From Chrysomallon squamiferum (lineage: Eukaryota > Animalia > Mollusca), in contig CM022673.1 in the NCBI GenBank assembly GCA_012295275.1, positions 23,684,001 through 23,748,000 of the forward strand: 64,000 nt of DNA, given 5' to 3'. Below are positions 12,601 to 24,523 of this stretch, one piece after another. Every line of letters begins with the position of its first letter. The stretch's first letter is position 1. Below the pieces are notes generated by a model, which was not told the origin of the DNA, did not search any database, and saw nothing but the letters and a program-made list of their open reading frames with translations. The position numbers were made by a program, and so were the translations under genes.

Positions 12601-14993
12601 AAGATTGGCCCAGTAGTTCCTAAGATATGAGGGTTCTAAGGTTGGTGGTCACACCCATTTTTGGCAAAAATCTCAAAATTCGGTGGGCCGTATCTCCCAC
12701 ACCACTGGTCTGATTGAGCTAACATTTCAGATTTGGTGCTGTGGGATCCCAGTCAACAAGTATACCAAGTTTCATAAAAATCTGAGACGGTCGGGTTTAA
12801 ACCATTGGGTGATTTGACACGGAATGACCCTATAGTTAAATAACAAAGTGTAAAATTTATAAGATAATAGACACAAAAACTAAAGTCTTACTTCCACATA
12901 TGACTCTGGAATCAGACCTTGATGTCCATGCTGATTGCGAGCTTCCCACCAGCCATCTCCAATATCCTGTAAACAACAAACATTTAAAACTTTAAAATGT
13001 TTACTAAATCTTGCACTGGTCAGAAACTGAGATCTGATTTGACATTATCCTGTATTTTATATACTGCACCAACTATTGAAATACTAAAAAAATGTCTCAA
13101 TATGTAAATACAAATAACACTATGAATTACAACTTTAGTCATAAAAACTAAAATCATCTGATGATGAAGTAAGATTACATGTAAAAATAAAACAATAAAT
13201 CTTGAAATTAAAAAAAGGAATGGACAGTGTTACACAAATAAAAATAGAGATTTCTGTTTTGTTAACAGTATACAATACTGTTATATTTAATGTGTTTACT
13301 AACCAACATATTATTTATTCATACTGGTATATGTTTTATTCACAGTACAAAATACACTGTTTTATTTATTTAAGATGTTTACTAAATGATATTTTATTTA
13401 ATACACACAGATATATGTATTTGTTTTATTCACAGTGTTGTTATTAATACGTTCATGAGAGAATGTACAGATGGTTTGTAAACTGGTAAATGTCAGAGAT
13501 GTCCCAGTACAGTTGTGAGATCATCTTCTTTAAAGGTTATTTCTCACATAAACATTTTTTAGTTTTTTAAATCATAATACAATGTACAAGCACTCTCTGA
13601 TTTAATATTTCATATACACTTAACTAACCAATATTAATTAATGTATTTTGTACTAATTACTACACATGGAGCTACTCACCTGACGAAGGATAAAAAGTGC
13701 ATCACCTGAACTAAATGACAGTTCACCATTTTCTGTGTCACCTTCAAAATCATACAGGGCTGATGCCTGCAAATAACAAACAAAAATTTATTAATCACTG
13801 ATAAGTGAAATAGAAAGAAACAAGCTTGTAAAACATACTGTCAGACATACACTGCCATACATTTTTTGTTAAAGGACTGTCAGATATATACTGTAGTAAA
13901 GTTATAGTACTGTCAGATGTTTTACACATTTAGTTATACACTGTAATACACCATATTTGGTTTACAAAGTGTGGTTTATATCATATCAGATATACACTGT
14001 ATGTTCTGTGTATTTCATGAGAGACTCAAAAAAAAAATGATTACGTTGTACAAACTATAATTTTGGGATTTTATTTAAGAGACAAGAGTTAATGCATTTA
14101 CTGACTATCATAATATTCAGTTATTTTACACATTTAAATCATCAAATATTACTTTTCACAATCAACTTATTGTTAAAAAAAACATACAAAAAAACCCACA
14201 ACAAAATCAAACAAGTACATATGAAAAATATAAAATCTATAAAACTGCTATTATAAAAATTTTCAAATCAGCCCTGTAAAAGAAAATCATTTAATTAGCT
14301 TAATTATATATCTGTATATAGTAAATTATATTTCATTAAGAACAGGTACAAGTACCCAAGCTTTTGTAAAAAGAAAACTGAAGGAGGTAATTACTAACTT
14401 GTGTAACATGCCAAGGTTAATTCTACAATAACCTGTGAAAGTTTCTGCTCTGACTTATAGTATGGAAGTATTTACTTACTAAAAATTAAAAGTAATTTAG
14501 TGATGTTAACAGAGGTAAGCTTAAACAAAAAAAACCCCCAAACTTATAACATACATTTTTCATTTTGTTTCTGTATTAAGACAACAAGAAATCCAACTCA
14601 AGTGTACATCTCTTACATAAAAAGGTTGCAATATGTATTATTTTATTTTACACCGGTTTTTGAAATTAAAAATATACAAACAGTATTAAACAGAAATAGT
14701 AATTTATATATTAAACTTTACTAAATAATTTTTGAAAAAAAATCTAATCAACAATCCAACTGACAACAAAACAGAAGCGTGCAGTAATTGACATGTACAA
14801 CATCACTATTTAAAATCAGGTGTCAAAAAGGAATGTACTAGTACATATAAACAATGATTATATGCCTGTAAACAAAATAGTGAAGTAAAGATACACAAAA
14901 ATGAAGGATGGAATGAAACAGTTACTGATGGAGAAAATCAAATAGTCCCACCTGTAAATTTAATTCACCTTCACTCTCAATAATTTGCTTGCC

Positions 14994-15025
<32 letters not shown>

Positions 15026-18000
15026 TTAGTTAAGAAATTCACAAAGTAAATCAGATTAACAGTTTCTTCAAGTATGTATATGAAACACTAAGTGATAAAT
15101 TATACATTAACCTGACATCACTGAAAGAAGATATACCTGAAGACACATTTCATACCTCTGTAAGTCCTTTAAAAGAAGAGAAAGTTGAAACTGGTCTGTG
15201 ATGTTTCATAGTGTACACATCTTTGTGATGTACCATTGCAGTTCATAACACAATTTACTATCAAAAAGAAACTATCACACAGTTTTTACTTTGATGGCTG
15301 ACTCGGCAGTCTCTGTGAGGTTGTCTCTGCCGCTGTTAGACTACTGCAGCTCGCACAAAGTGGACTCACACTGTGTAAACACTGTGTGACTGTGGTTAAT
15401 GAAGTCTGTAATTAGCTAACTGTGACTCAACTCTGAGCTATGTTAGGTCAGGTACGCTGACATATAGATGATGACAGATATAAAAAAATACAACTTTTCA
15501 TTCCACACATACAGGTTAGATATATGGCATACCTATGTTTACAGAAAATATAGTTTATTCAATTTAGAGGCCTTTTTTTTTTTTTTTTTTTTTTCAAATA
15601 TATAACAGAGAGAAATCATAGTACATCATAATTTATAATAACATATGTCAATACATTAAACTGTTAGAAAACTATGATTTTAGTTCATTACTTTTTTAAT
15701 ATACATTTTATTGATAAGATTTTGATATTAAACAGGAAAGAATCTAAATTTAAATTTACAGAAAGTAATTTGATTATATATTCACAGTAAATAACTGCAA
15801 CATTGTTTTTTTTATTGCAGTGTTTTCTCTCACTAGTCTTTCTCTCATTACAGAGCTTTCTCTCACTATAGAATTTTCTCTCATTACAAAGCTTTCTCTC
15901 ACTACAGAGCTTTCTCTCATTACAGAGCTTTCTCTCACTTTTTTCTCTCATTACAGAGCTTTCTCTCGCTCTAGAGCAGGGGTGGGCAAACTATTCACAA
16001 TTAACACTGCCACCTGGCCAGTAAGACAGTAAAATACAAGTCAATGAAATAAAGTCAGTTATTTCAATCCTGTCTCAGTTACACATGCTGGCAGACAGAA
16101 CCAGACTAACTTCTTGCTGACACGAACAGAACTGTTTTTATGCATTTTTGCTTTTTACTATCTGTCATTATCCTCCAGTCAGTCATGTCCTCAACCTCGC
16201 ATTTAAAATGGAGTAAAGTGGATATGGAAAGTCGGACATTCAACTCTGAGTTGAATTCAGTTCAGTTGCTGTTTTCAAAGAATTTAATGTGCGCCACAAC
16301 TGGGAAACAGCACATCAATCTTCAAAATTTGCTTCAATGTCTGCTGCTGAGAAAAAGGATGCCATCGCAAAACTGTCAAGCAATCTCAAAAGGGGCACTT
16401 TGATATTTCGTAAACAGATATCTCAGCATGAAAAAGTGACAAGTGCCAGTTACGAAGTTTCACTACTCATTGCTCAACGGATGAAGCCATTTTCTGATGG
16501 AGACTTTGTCAAGGAATGTCTCATGACTGTGGAGAATTATGTCTGCCCAGAACAACATTCAGTAATGGAAAATATGATTTTGTCATCTCGACTATTCATC
16601 GCCGAGTTGAGATGTCAGACTGTGTGCCAAGATTCATTAAAGAGTAAGTGCCTGACCTTTGTGCCTGATCTCTTGCTCTTGACGAGAGTGCTGATATGAT
16701 CTGGCTATTTTCATACATGGTGTCACTTCTGCCCTCCAGGTGCACGAAGAGTTATTGGAGATTGTTCCACTACATGGCACCACCAGTGGAAAAGACATGT
16801 TCAGTGCCTTACTTCAGTGGGTGGAGCATCACTCCCTTGTAAGTGTAACAACTGTTAGAGCACCAGCAATAATTGGAGATAATAAAGGTATGGCTTCTTT
16901 GCTCATTTGCCATTGTGAGGCACTTGGACTCAACCAGACCAACCATAAACTGCATTGCATCATCCACCAAAAATCCTTATGTGCCAAGTCTGCAAATCTC
17001 GTTCATGTCATGTCAGCTGTAGTGAAGGTTGTCAATTCCAGGTACTGATGGATGAAGTCAATGCACACTAGGGTGACCTGCTCTAATTTTCTGAAGTACG
17101 CTGGCTGAGTCATGGAGCTATGTTGTCTTATGTATGGGACCTACAACAACAAATTTTCGCCTTTCTTAATGAGAAAAAGCTCCCTTATGCTGATAATTTT
17201 ACAGACTCAAAATGGCTTGCCCACCTGGCTCTTCTCATGGATGTCACCACACACCTCAACATTCTCAGTGTCAGTTTGCAAGGTAAGGACATTCTTGTTT
17301 GAGAGTTGTACTCACATAATCACAGCATTTGAAGTGAAACTATGCTTGTGGGAATCCCAGTTGTCTAATGGTCAGTTTCCTGATATCGCCTTGAAGATTT
17401 GTGCTGCAGTCATCATGTCACTACTGGAAGAATCTGCCTCCCATTTTGGAGGTAACCAACCACTATCTGCAGATTTCAAAATTTTCAGTGCCTCTTTTGA
17501 AAACCCGGTGGATGATTCTCCAGCTTCCTGCAGATGGTTTTGGTAGATATGCAATACCATGATGAAATAAAAGCTAAGTTCCAAACTTCTTCTCCCATTT
17601 CCTTCTTTCATGATGTCATTCTTCCATCTGGCAAATTTCAACAATTTATTAAACATGTGCTATGTTTGGAAGTACATTTTGCTGTGAACTACCGTTCTTG
17701 AAGATTCAAAGTATCACCTTCGCTTGCAACTCTATGACCATCATCTAAATGACATTCTACCATATCAATTAAGCCTGACCTTGAATTGCTGATTCATGGT
17801 ATGCAACACCACCCATCTCATTAACTCTTCTAACATTTGTTAAAAGTGAATTTACTGTTAACATCAAATACACATTTTAAAATCCTTTTTGTTCTCATTT
17901 CATATTCTGTTCTCATGCTCTTCCTATAAGATCGATCCGGCCCCCATTTTAAAACATTTGCCCGCCTCTGCTCTAGAGTTTTCTCTCACTACAGTTTTCT

Positions 18001-21000
18001 TTTGTTCTACAGTTTTCTCTTACTACAGAGTTTTCTCTCATTACAGAGCTTTCTTTTGCTCTACAGTTTTCTCTCACTACACCGTTTTCTCTCATTACAG
18101 AGCTTTCTCTTGTTATGTTTTCTCTCACTACACTGTTTTCTCTTATTACAGAGCTTTCTCTTGTTATGTTTTCTCTCACTACACTGTTTTCTCTCATTAC
18201 AGAGCTTTTTCTTGCTATAAAGTGTTCTCTCATTACAGAGCTTTCTCTTGCTATGACGTTTTCTCTCACTACACTGTTTTCTCTTGCTATAATGTTTTCT
18301 CTCATTACAGAGCTTTCTCTTGCTATAACGTTTTCTCTCCAACCCCGTTTCCTCTCATTACAGAGCTTTCTCTTGCTATAATGTTTTCTTTCACTGCACT
18401 GTTTTCTCTCATTACAGAGCTTTCTCTTGCTATAAAGTTTTCTCTCATTACAGAGCTTTCTCTTGCTATAACGTTTTCTCTTGCTATAACGTTTTCTCTC
18501 ACTACACTGTTTTCTCTTGCTATGTTTTCTCTCACTACACTGTTTTCTCTCATTACAGAGCTTTCTCTTGTTATGTTTTCTCTCACTATACTGTTTTCTC
18601 TCATTACAGAGCTTTCTCTTGTTTTCTCTCACTACAGAGCTTTCTCTTGCTATAATGTTTTCTCTCACTACACTGTCTTCTCTCATTACAGAGCTTTCTC
18701 TCATTACAGAGCTTTCTCTCATTACAGAGCTTCGTCTCATTGAACTATTTTCTCTCATTACAGAGCTCTCTCTTATTAAACTGTTTTCTCTCATTACAGA
18801 GCTTTCTCTCATTACAGAGCTTTCTCTCATTAAACTGTTTTCTCTCATTACAAATCTTTCTCTCGCTATAGAGTTTTCTCTCACTTCATTGTTTTCTCTC
18901 ACTACAGAGGTATGAACATTTTTATTTCTTACATTTTAATTGTTTTTAAATATTTTTATTGCTTTTATCCAAGGAGTGTAACAGATTTTTCTGACAACAC
19001 TTGTATTTGGCTATGTGGTCTGCAAGCTATTTAGTGAATCAAAAAATGGCAGTTACCACCATTTTATCTCTTTGTTATTAGATAAAAATGGCTAACAAAA
19101 ACCAAGTGATATGTGCATGAACTGACTAAGGCATTGATCTGTGACACATCCTGTTGTTAAAATGACATTTATACTACACACTATTATTCAGGTCATGAAT
19201 ATAAATAACATACAATTTACAACTTCTTATCTACAACTACTTGAAACAAATGTATCACAAAATAAAAAATTATTATTATTATTGTTATCATTATTATGTT
19301 GTTGTTGTTGTTAGATTCTGTCATTACCACAATGATAAGCAATCTATCTTTGAAAAGAAATAATAATAAAATCCAAATATTTTCCAATAGATAGCAAAAG
19401 CATAATCGCAGTCCTTGTTAACTACTTATAATGGTTGGCTAAAATACAAGCCAGTGGCTATATTAAGGATGGCTGCTCTCACAACACATATACTACAAAA
19501 AAAGATAAATAGAGATAAAAATAAACTAAATAAATATATATAAATAAATATAAATGGTAACAAAGATGTGAGTTGTAAATCAGTTACAAGCAGTTTGTCA
19601 AAACAATTAAAGTATTAAAGTGTACATGATATGATGATGATATTAAATAAATGAGGTTACTCTGTACATGTTAATAGACATTCTCCAACCAAAGTAAACA
19701 GATGAAGCCAAATATTTAAAGTAATTTGGATGAATGCCTAAAATAACAATTTATATACAGATAATTTATATAAAACAGAAATTTTCATTCGTTTACTGAT
19801 AGGTATAAACAAAACTGTCAAAATGTGAATAAGCAGTAAAGAGGAAAAGTGAGGACAACAAGATGAAACACATTTGTTATAATAATGGGTTGATTGTAAT
19901 TACAATATAAGTACCAGTTTGATTTATTAGTTTTTGAATATGTAATTTCTTCAGCTATAAAAACAAATATTAACACTACAAATAAATGGACGTCTGAAAA
20001 AAGAAAATAATAAAAATAATAATGATGATGATGAAGATGATAATAACAACAAGAGGGTAGTAGTAACAGTAGTAGTATTAATAGTATAAGTAGCAAAAAA
20101 AAAAAAAAAAAATTCTAGCATTACCATCTTATATAAACTTATTAACTTGTCTAAAGTTAATGTATCAAAATTCTGTGAATAACTGTTAACCTGATTAAAT
20201 TAAAAATGGCTACTGTGAATAACAGAAACTTCAATTGTCAGCTTTGAAATATCATACTAAATTAATAAACTTGATTTTACCAAACAATTTGATAAGAAAG
20301 ATGTTATAAATAAATTGATTAGTAGTACAAAAAAGAAGATACTTGTTACTTATAAATATGAATCACACTTTTTATCTCTTAATACTGTGAGTACACGAAA
20401 AAAAGATAAAACCTTCCATTTAACAACAGTACTTACTAGTTTGTTTTTCATATCCATTAGTTGACAGAGCTAAAATCTCAAAATGGGTGTGCAATATCTT
20501 TGTACCTTGACACATAACTAATATAAATAAAACAGTATCCTTAACAAACCCAAGTAAGCTGCAGTTCCGGGTGACTAAAATGGTTTGATTTAATGTAGAA
20601 AAGTCACACTAAAAGGTCACGCAGTGAGTTCTGTGTGAGCAGAAAGGATGAGTCATCAGTTAAACAACAACAACATTGTCATGAAGCAGCATTTATATTT
20701 TCTTTTAAGTTATTTATATCAGTGACAGTGTATATGTATCAATGAGCATAAATCTGAATAAATACACATCTAATGGTATATGTGTGAGTGGGAGGGCATG
20801 TACTTGCATATATTTAGGGATGAGCATATGAGTAAATACATATCTATGTGTGTGTGTCTGTGTGTGTGTCAGTGTAGATGCAGGAATGAGCATAAATGTG
20901 TAAATACACATCTGTGTCTGTGTCTGTGTGTGTGTGTGTGTGTGTGTGCATGTGTGAGTGCATTTGTGTAAACAGTATCAGTGTTGTGTTTATGTATAAT

Positions 21001-21028
21001 GAGCATAAATCTGTAAATGCACTTCTGT

Positions 21029-21060
<32 letters not shown>

Positions 21061-22450
21061 CTGTGTGTGTGTGTGTTTCCTGCCTGTAACTGTGAATATA
21101 TTTGTAATGTTACACATACAAGATAATGGTGCTTATCTCTAAATGTTTTGTCAAGCTGTACAATCTGTGTGACAAAGGAGGAAGTGATTTTGATACTGAA
21201 TATCATATATCAGAGTTTGATATAAAATAAACAATCATACAACAAAAGGTCAACAGGCTACTGTTGATGAAAGTTCAAAATAATGAGTTTTCAGCTAAAT
21301 CATCACATATTTGTGTTATAGACACTAAATGCCCAAATAAAAATTAGGAAATTATATACAAACTTCTTATTCAATAGTTTATATTTTCCATAGTGACAGC
21401 ACACCACATTTCAGTAGTAACTGCTATTTCCATCACAATTTTTATTCAGAACAATATTACTAACATTTATGTAAATTATTTAATTATTATTTATTATTAC
21501 ATTTTTTATTTATCTATTTTTTTTTTTTTTATTATAATTATTTTTTATTTATTATTGCTGTTGTTTTTATTTTCGGTTATCATTTTAATGAATATTTTAA
21601 GAAAAAATAAATATAAAATAAACAAACCCACCATATTAATATCATGAAGTTCCTGAAGGACAATGTTTCTTATTATATCATCGTTTTAAATATCTTTTTA
21701 AAAGTATTATCCAAAATAAACAGATGATCATTATTCAATAGAAACATTTTCATTCACAAAACTCTCTCAGATGTAATTTTAATGTCAATAAATGAATCAT
21801 CAAACTACAATTGGATTTAATAATTGCCATTTCCTGTAGCTTTTGGCTTCTGTGCGTTCAAATAAGTACAACTAATACAAATCTATACAAGTGCACGTTA
21901 TCGTTTTTCAAATTATTTTATGGTTTTTGTCGAGTAAGATATGTATATGAAGAAACATTACCCAGTTCAAATCATTATGTAACGTTTTCAATGTAATTAA
22001 TGTTGCCGAGTGACCCGAAAAATAAAAAAAAATTATAAAAAAAAATAATAATAAAAAAAAGATATAAAAGTATAATCATAATAATAAATAAAATAACTAA
22101 ATTTATACCTTTCACGAGAAAAACTCATATAATTTGCATCAGAAATACTCAGTAATAAAAATGAAAGTATTCTAAAAGTTAAATGCAAACTGTATAATGT
22201 TCAGTTATTTTGCGTAACATAAACAAACTTTCAAAAAGTGGGTGGAGAACTGACACTTACAATGTGGTGCTTATCAACAATGCAAACAAACAATTCCAAT
22301 CAAAATCCTGAGTAAGTATTTATTAGAGAGTCAGATGATTTTTTGATATTCTGTTCAAAACGTAATATGTATTAATTATTAAAACCTCTTTAAAATATAT
22401 TTTAGAAGATAATACACAAACAAAATAAAACTCACCTGTATTTCAGCCAT
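593..22450 (-). CDS. SH3-PX-BAR sorting nexin (SNX9/SNX18/SNX33 family; SH3PX1/lst-4-like), 15 coding exons, ~563 aa
   Basis: Exons in transcript order: 22436-22450, 13680-13766, 12892-12966, 9521-9748, 9023-9135, 8445-8535, 7908-8036, 7328-7442, 6085-6215, 5339-5442, 5061-5164, 4189-4266, 2495-2661, 1720-1926, 593-640. All GT-AG, phases match, total 1692 nt. SH3 ([25 protein letters not shown]), acidic [25 protein letters not shown] ([23 protein letters not shown]), BAR ([13 protein letters not shown]). Confidence 0.95.
715..1742. repeat. Donor-seeded tandem array (37-bp units proximal, 54-bp units distal)
   Basis: Sense unit CAGATACAGTTTTATAGAGAG|gtatttgttatatact = end of exon 14 plus donor. 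Confidence 0.9.
1720..1926 (-). CDS. Sorting nexin exon 14 (BAR)
   Basis: GATGKAKEC...[32 protein letters not shown]. Confidence 0.95.
2495..2661 (-). CDS. Sorting nexin exon 13 (BAR)
   Basis: [29 protein letters not shown]...FPDVLKIHE. Confidence 0.95.
2659..3570. repeat. Acceptor-seeded tandem array (51-57 bp)
   Basis: Each unit contains gatgtgttgttatgacag|ATT, the exon 13 acceptor. Confidence 0.9.
4189..4266 (-). CDS. Sorting nexin exon 12 (BAR)
   Basis: [25 protein letters not shown]. Confidence 0.93.
5061..5164 (-). CDS. Sorting nexin exon 11 (BAR)
   Basis: [34 protein letters not shown]. Confidence 0.92.
5339..5442 (-). CDS. Sorting nexin exon 10
   Basis: [26 protein letters not shown]. 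Confidence 0.93.
5480..6101. repeat. Donor-seeded tandem array (~49-50 bp)
   Basis: Sense unit CCTGTACAGACGAAAAG|gtaatctttagtttttaactgttcactttatgt. Confidence 0.9.
6085..6215 (-). CDS. Sorting nexin exon 9 (PX)
   Basis: [44 protein letters not shown]. Confidence 0.95.
6225..6500. repeat. Degenerate ~26-29 bp tandem repeat abutting exon 9 acceptor
   Basis: attatataacaactatactgaacata-like units. Confidence 0.75.
7328..7442 (-). CDS. Sorting nexin exon 8 (PX)
   Basis: [38 protein letters not shown]. Confidence 0.95.
7535..7922. repeat. Donor-seeded tandem array (35 bp)
   Basis: Sense unit CTCACCTCATCT|gtgagtactcatttatatatcaa. Confidence 0.9.
7908..8036 (-). CDS. Sorting nexin exon 7 (PX start)
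   Basis: ETDDGPMW...[22 protein letters not shown]. Confidence 0.95.
8045..8235. repeat. Short-period repeat abutting exon 7 acceptor
   Basis: aattatatcagattatatcac-like units. Confidence 0.7.
8445..8535 (-). CDS. Sorting nexin exon 6
   Basis: [30 protein letters not shown]. Confidence 0.93.
8850..9047. repeat. Donor-seeded tandem array (41 bp, 4 intronic copies)
   Basis: Sense unit CACAGTGAAAAGTAGTTTTAACAG|gtaaattacttatttat. Confidence 0.9.
9023..9135 (-). CDS. Sorting nexin exon 5
   Basis: ELHGSGTFG...[10 protein letters not shown](R); phase 0/2. Confidence 0.88.
9521..9748 (-). CDS. Sorting nexin exon 4 (Pro-rich/acidic low-complexity region)
   Basis: [15 protein letters not shown]...[13 protein letters not shown]. 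Confidence 0.92.
9979..12830. mobile_element. Non-autonomous DNA transposon with ~630-bp terminal inverted repeats, Sola2-like
   Basis: GGGTCATTCCGTGTCAAATCACCCAA at 9979 and its reverse complement ending at 12830; inverted identity extends to ~10612/~12211; TATA on both flanks. GRG..CYC ends, 4-bp TSD and long TIRs fit Sola2. Decayed Cys/His-rich coding remnant inside. Element certain, family inferred. Confidence 0.85.
12892..12966 (-). CDS. Sorting nexin exon 3 (SH3)
   Basis: [25 protein letters not shown]. Confidence 0.95.
13680..13766 (-). CDS. Sorting nexin exon 2 (SH3)
   Basis: [29 protein letters not shown]; cag/gtgag. Confidence 0.95.
15977..17970 (+). mobile_element. hAT (Buster/Charlie/SPIN, GTF2IRD2-like) DNA transposon, decayed
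   Basis: TIRs CAGGGGTGGGCAAA and TTTGCCCGCCTCTG (12/14 match); 8-bp TSD CTCTAGAG at 15969-15976 and 17971-17978. Confidence 0.93.
16180..17823 (+). pseudogene. Frameshifted hAT transposase
   Basis: Fragments in several frames: [68 protein letters not shown]; multiple stops and frameshifts. Confidence 0.88.
20735..21080. repeat. (TG)n microsatellites within a higher-order repeat
   Basis: atgagcataaatctgtaaatacac-like spacer recurs 4 times among the TG runs. Confidence 0.75.
22436..22450 (-). CDS. Sorting nexin exon 1 (MAEIQ)
   Basis: AAAAAC-ATG-G context, CAG|gtgag donor, phase 0 matching the SH3 exon. Confidence 0.75.
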
Positions 22451-22536
22451 GTTTTTGGCAGGTCAGATGACGTTTGGTATATAACCATGAGCAGACAACT
22501 CTAAAAGATAAAGAAAAAACAGGAACAAACGCCAGT

Positions 22537-22578
<42 letters not shown>

Positions 22579-22754
22579 TGTTTTAAAAACACACAAACAA
22601 AGGAGGGTGACTTTATACACAGACAGATATGTGAAATACGGCCCAAGCAGATGGGGATTTTTATAACGAAGAAACAATGTTTATGTCGTTTCTTTCCTTT
22701 TGTAAAATAATAATAATAATAATAGTAACAACAACAACAACAACAACAACAATA

Positions 22755-22803
<49 letters not shown>

Positions 22804-23843
22804 AAGTTTTATTGTTGAAGATGATGATCGAAATGTTATTAGCACCAAAATTTGAACAACAACAATAGTTAATAATAATAACTGTTGTCGTAGTAGCAGC
22901 AGCAGAAACGACAACACAATTAAAACTAAAACACCTTTAGTAAAAAGTAATGAATTTACACTGTTCGTTTTAGATCTATAATTTAGTTGTTTTTCAGCAT
23001 TTATATCTATCAAAATTGGCATTACCGGAAATAACCCAATAAGTATGGCAAGATGTATCTGTGCATTAAAGGAATACTTTAGCTCTGAATTATATGAAAT
23101 ATCGGCATCCAAACAATTTTTTTTTTTTTTTAAATATAAAACGATAATGATAATTAACTGAATATTTCAATCTAATTTTAAAATATAGCTTTTCAATATT
23201 AGAAGACAGGAATTAAACAATTTCATCCTCATTCAAATACTGACAAAATAAAATGTTATGAATGAAGCATAAAATAAATAATGCATGTGAAATTGTTATG
23301 TAATGGTCAAACTGAAATTAAATGGTTAATGTTTGTTATTATTTTTCTTAATGCTGTCGCATATGGAGAAGAAGGTAAGGATAAATAAATGATTAAAATG
23401 GAATGATGGACAATTTGGACGCGGTATGTCCAGTTTAACAAAGGAAACATTATTACACATTTATTATTTTAAAACACTGATAATTAATTTAGAGAAATAT
23501 AACACAATAAAATCAGTTTTATGGACGATACATTTATTTATTTGTTTGTTTACTTATTTTATGTGTGATACTATGCAAACAGAATGATAATTATAAGCTA
23601 CGCATGTTTCGGTAAGTAGTTACAGAGTTGTGCATGGTATGTGGACACTCTATGGTTAATGTGACAGAGGTGCTTATCTGCAATTGGCGGATTATGCTTT
23701 AGGTGTGGCAGCGTCCGAAACAACATGTAAATGTTTATAATTGTCTGTTCATATCTCTTGGCAGTTTCTTTGACAATGCGTGCCACCTTCTCCAGTGCGT
23801 AGCAAACCAAGCATGAGATGGTTCACACATCTGGATAGCGATT

Positions 23844-23884
<41 letters not shown>

Positions 23885-24479
23885 ACCGGGTAGGAGAGTT
23901 TTTGTGCAACTATATATTTTATATATTTTATATTATTACGTGATATCTGTAAATTCAGCAGTAAATCCTATCTTTGTTTTGTGTGCTTATTACTACAGAG
24001 CGTTTATAAAACTGAATGTATGGTTAAAGTTCAGAAAAGTGTATAGGCCGTTTTCTCATATTATCATTACACGAAATGTAGTCATCTAATAAGAGACTGT
24101 TTTTTTCTTCTCTACATCACTCGGAAAACTCACGAACACGTGCGAGCTAACCCGAACATTGCATGACCTCGCTGATTGTAAACAAAGTTTTCTGGCAGTC
24201 CGTCATTCTCGCCAGGTCACTGACAGTGAAATAATGTAAGTAACATGTAAACCTTAGTTAGTACTTGATCGAGTACAACGCATAACCGTTGCTTTCCCAA
24301 TGGTAAGTGTGAGAGATTATGTACTAAGCAGTATCTTTAACATCAAAACTATTTTATAACCAGCATGTACCAAGACATTTGAACTTCATAATGAAATCAC
24401 ATAATGATTATTTCCTCTTGTAGCAAATGTTAAAAGGTCGAAACAAATTGGAAATACCATTATAAAACAATAAAACTAA

Positions 24480-24523
<44 letters not shown>

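Larger units (their letters stand above)
15822..18909. repeat. ~20-bp minisatellite (ttttctctcattacagagct family) interrupted by the hAT element
   Basis: Same units at 15822-15968 and 17979-18909. Confidence 0.9.

Noticed and set aside
17889-18915. Long overlapping ORFs (284 and 309 aa)
   Set aside because: Translations of the ~20-bp minisatellite, open in several frames on both strands
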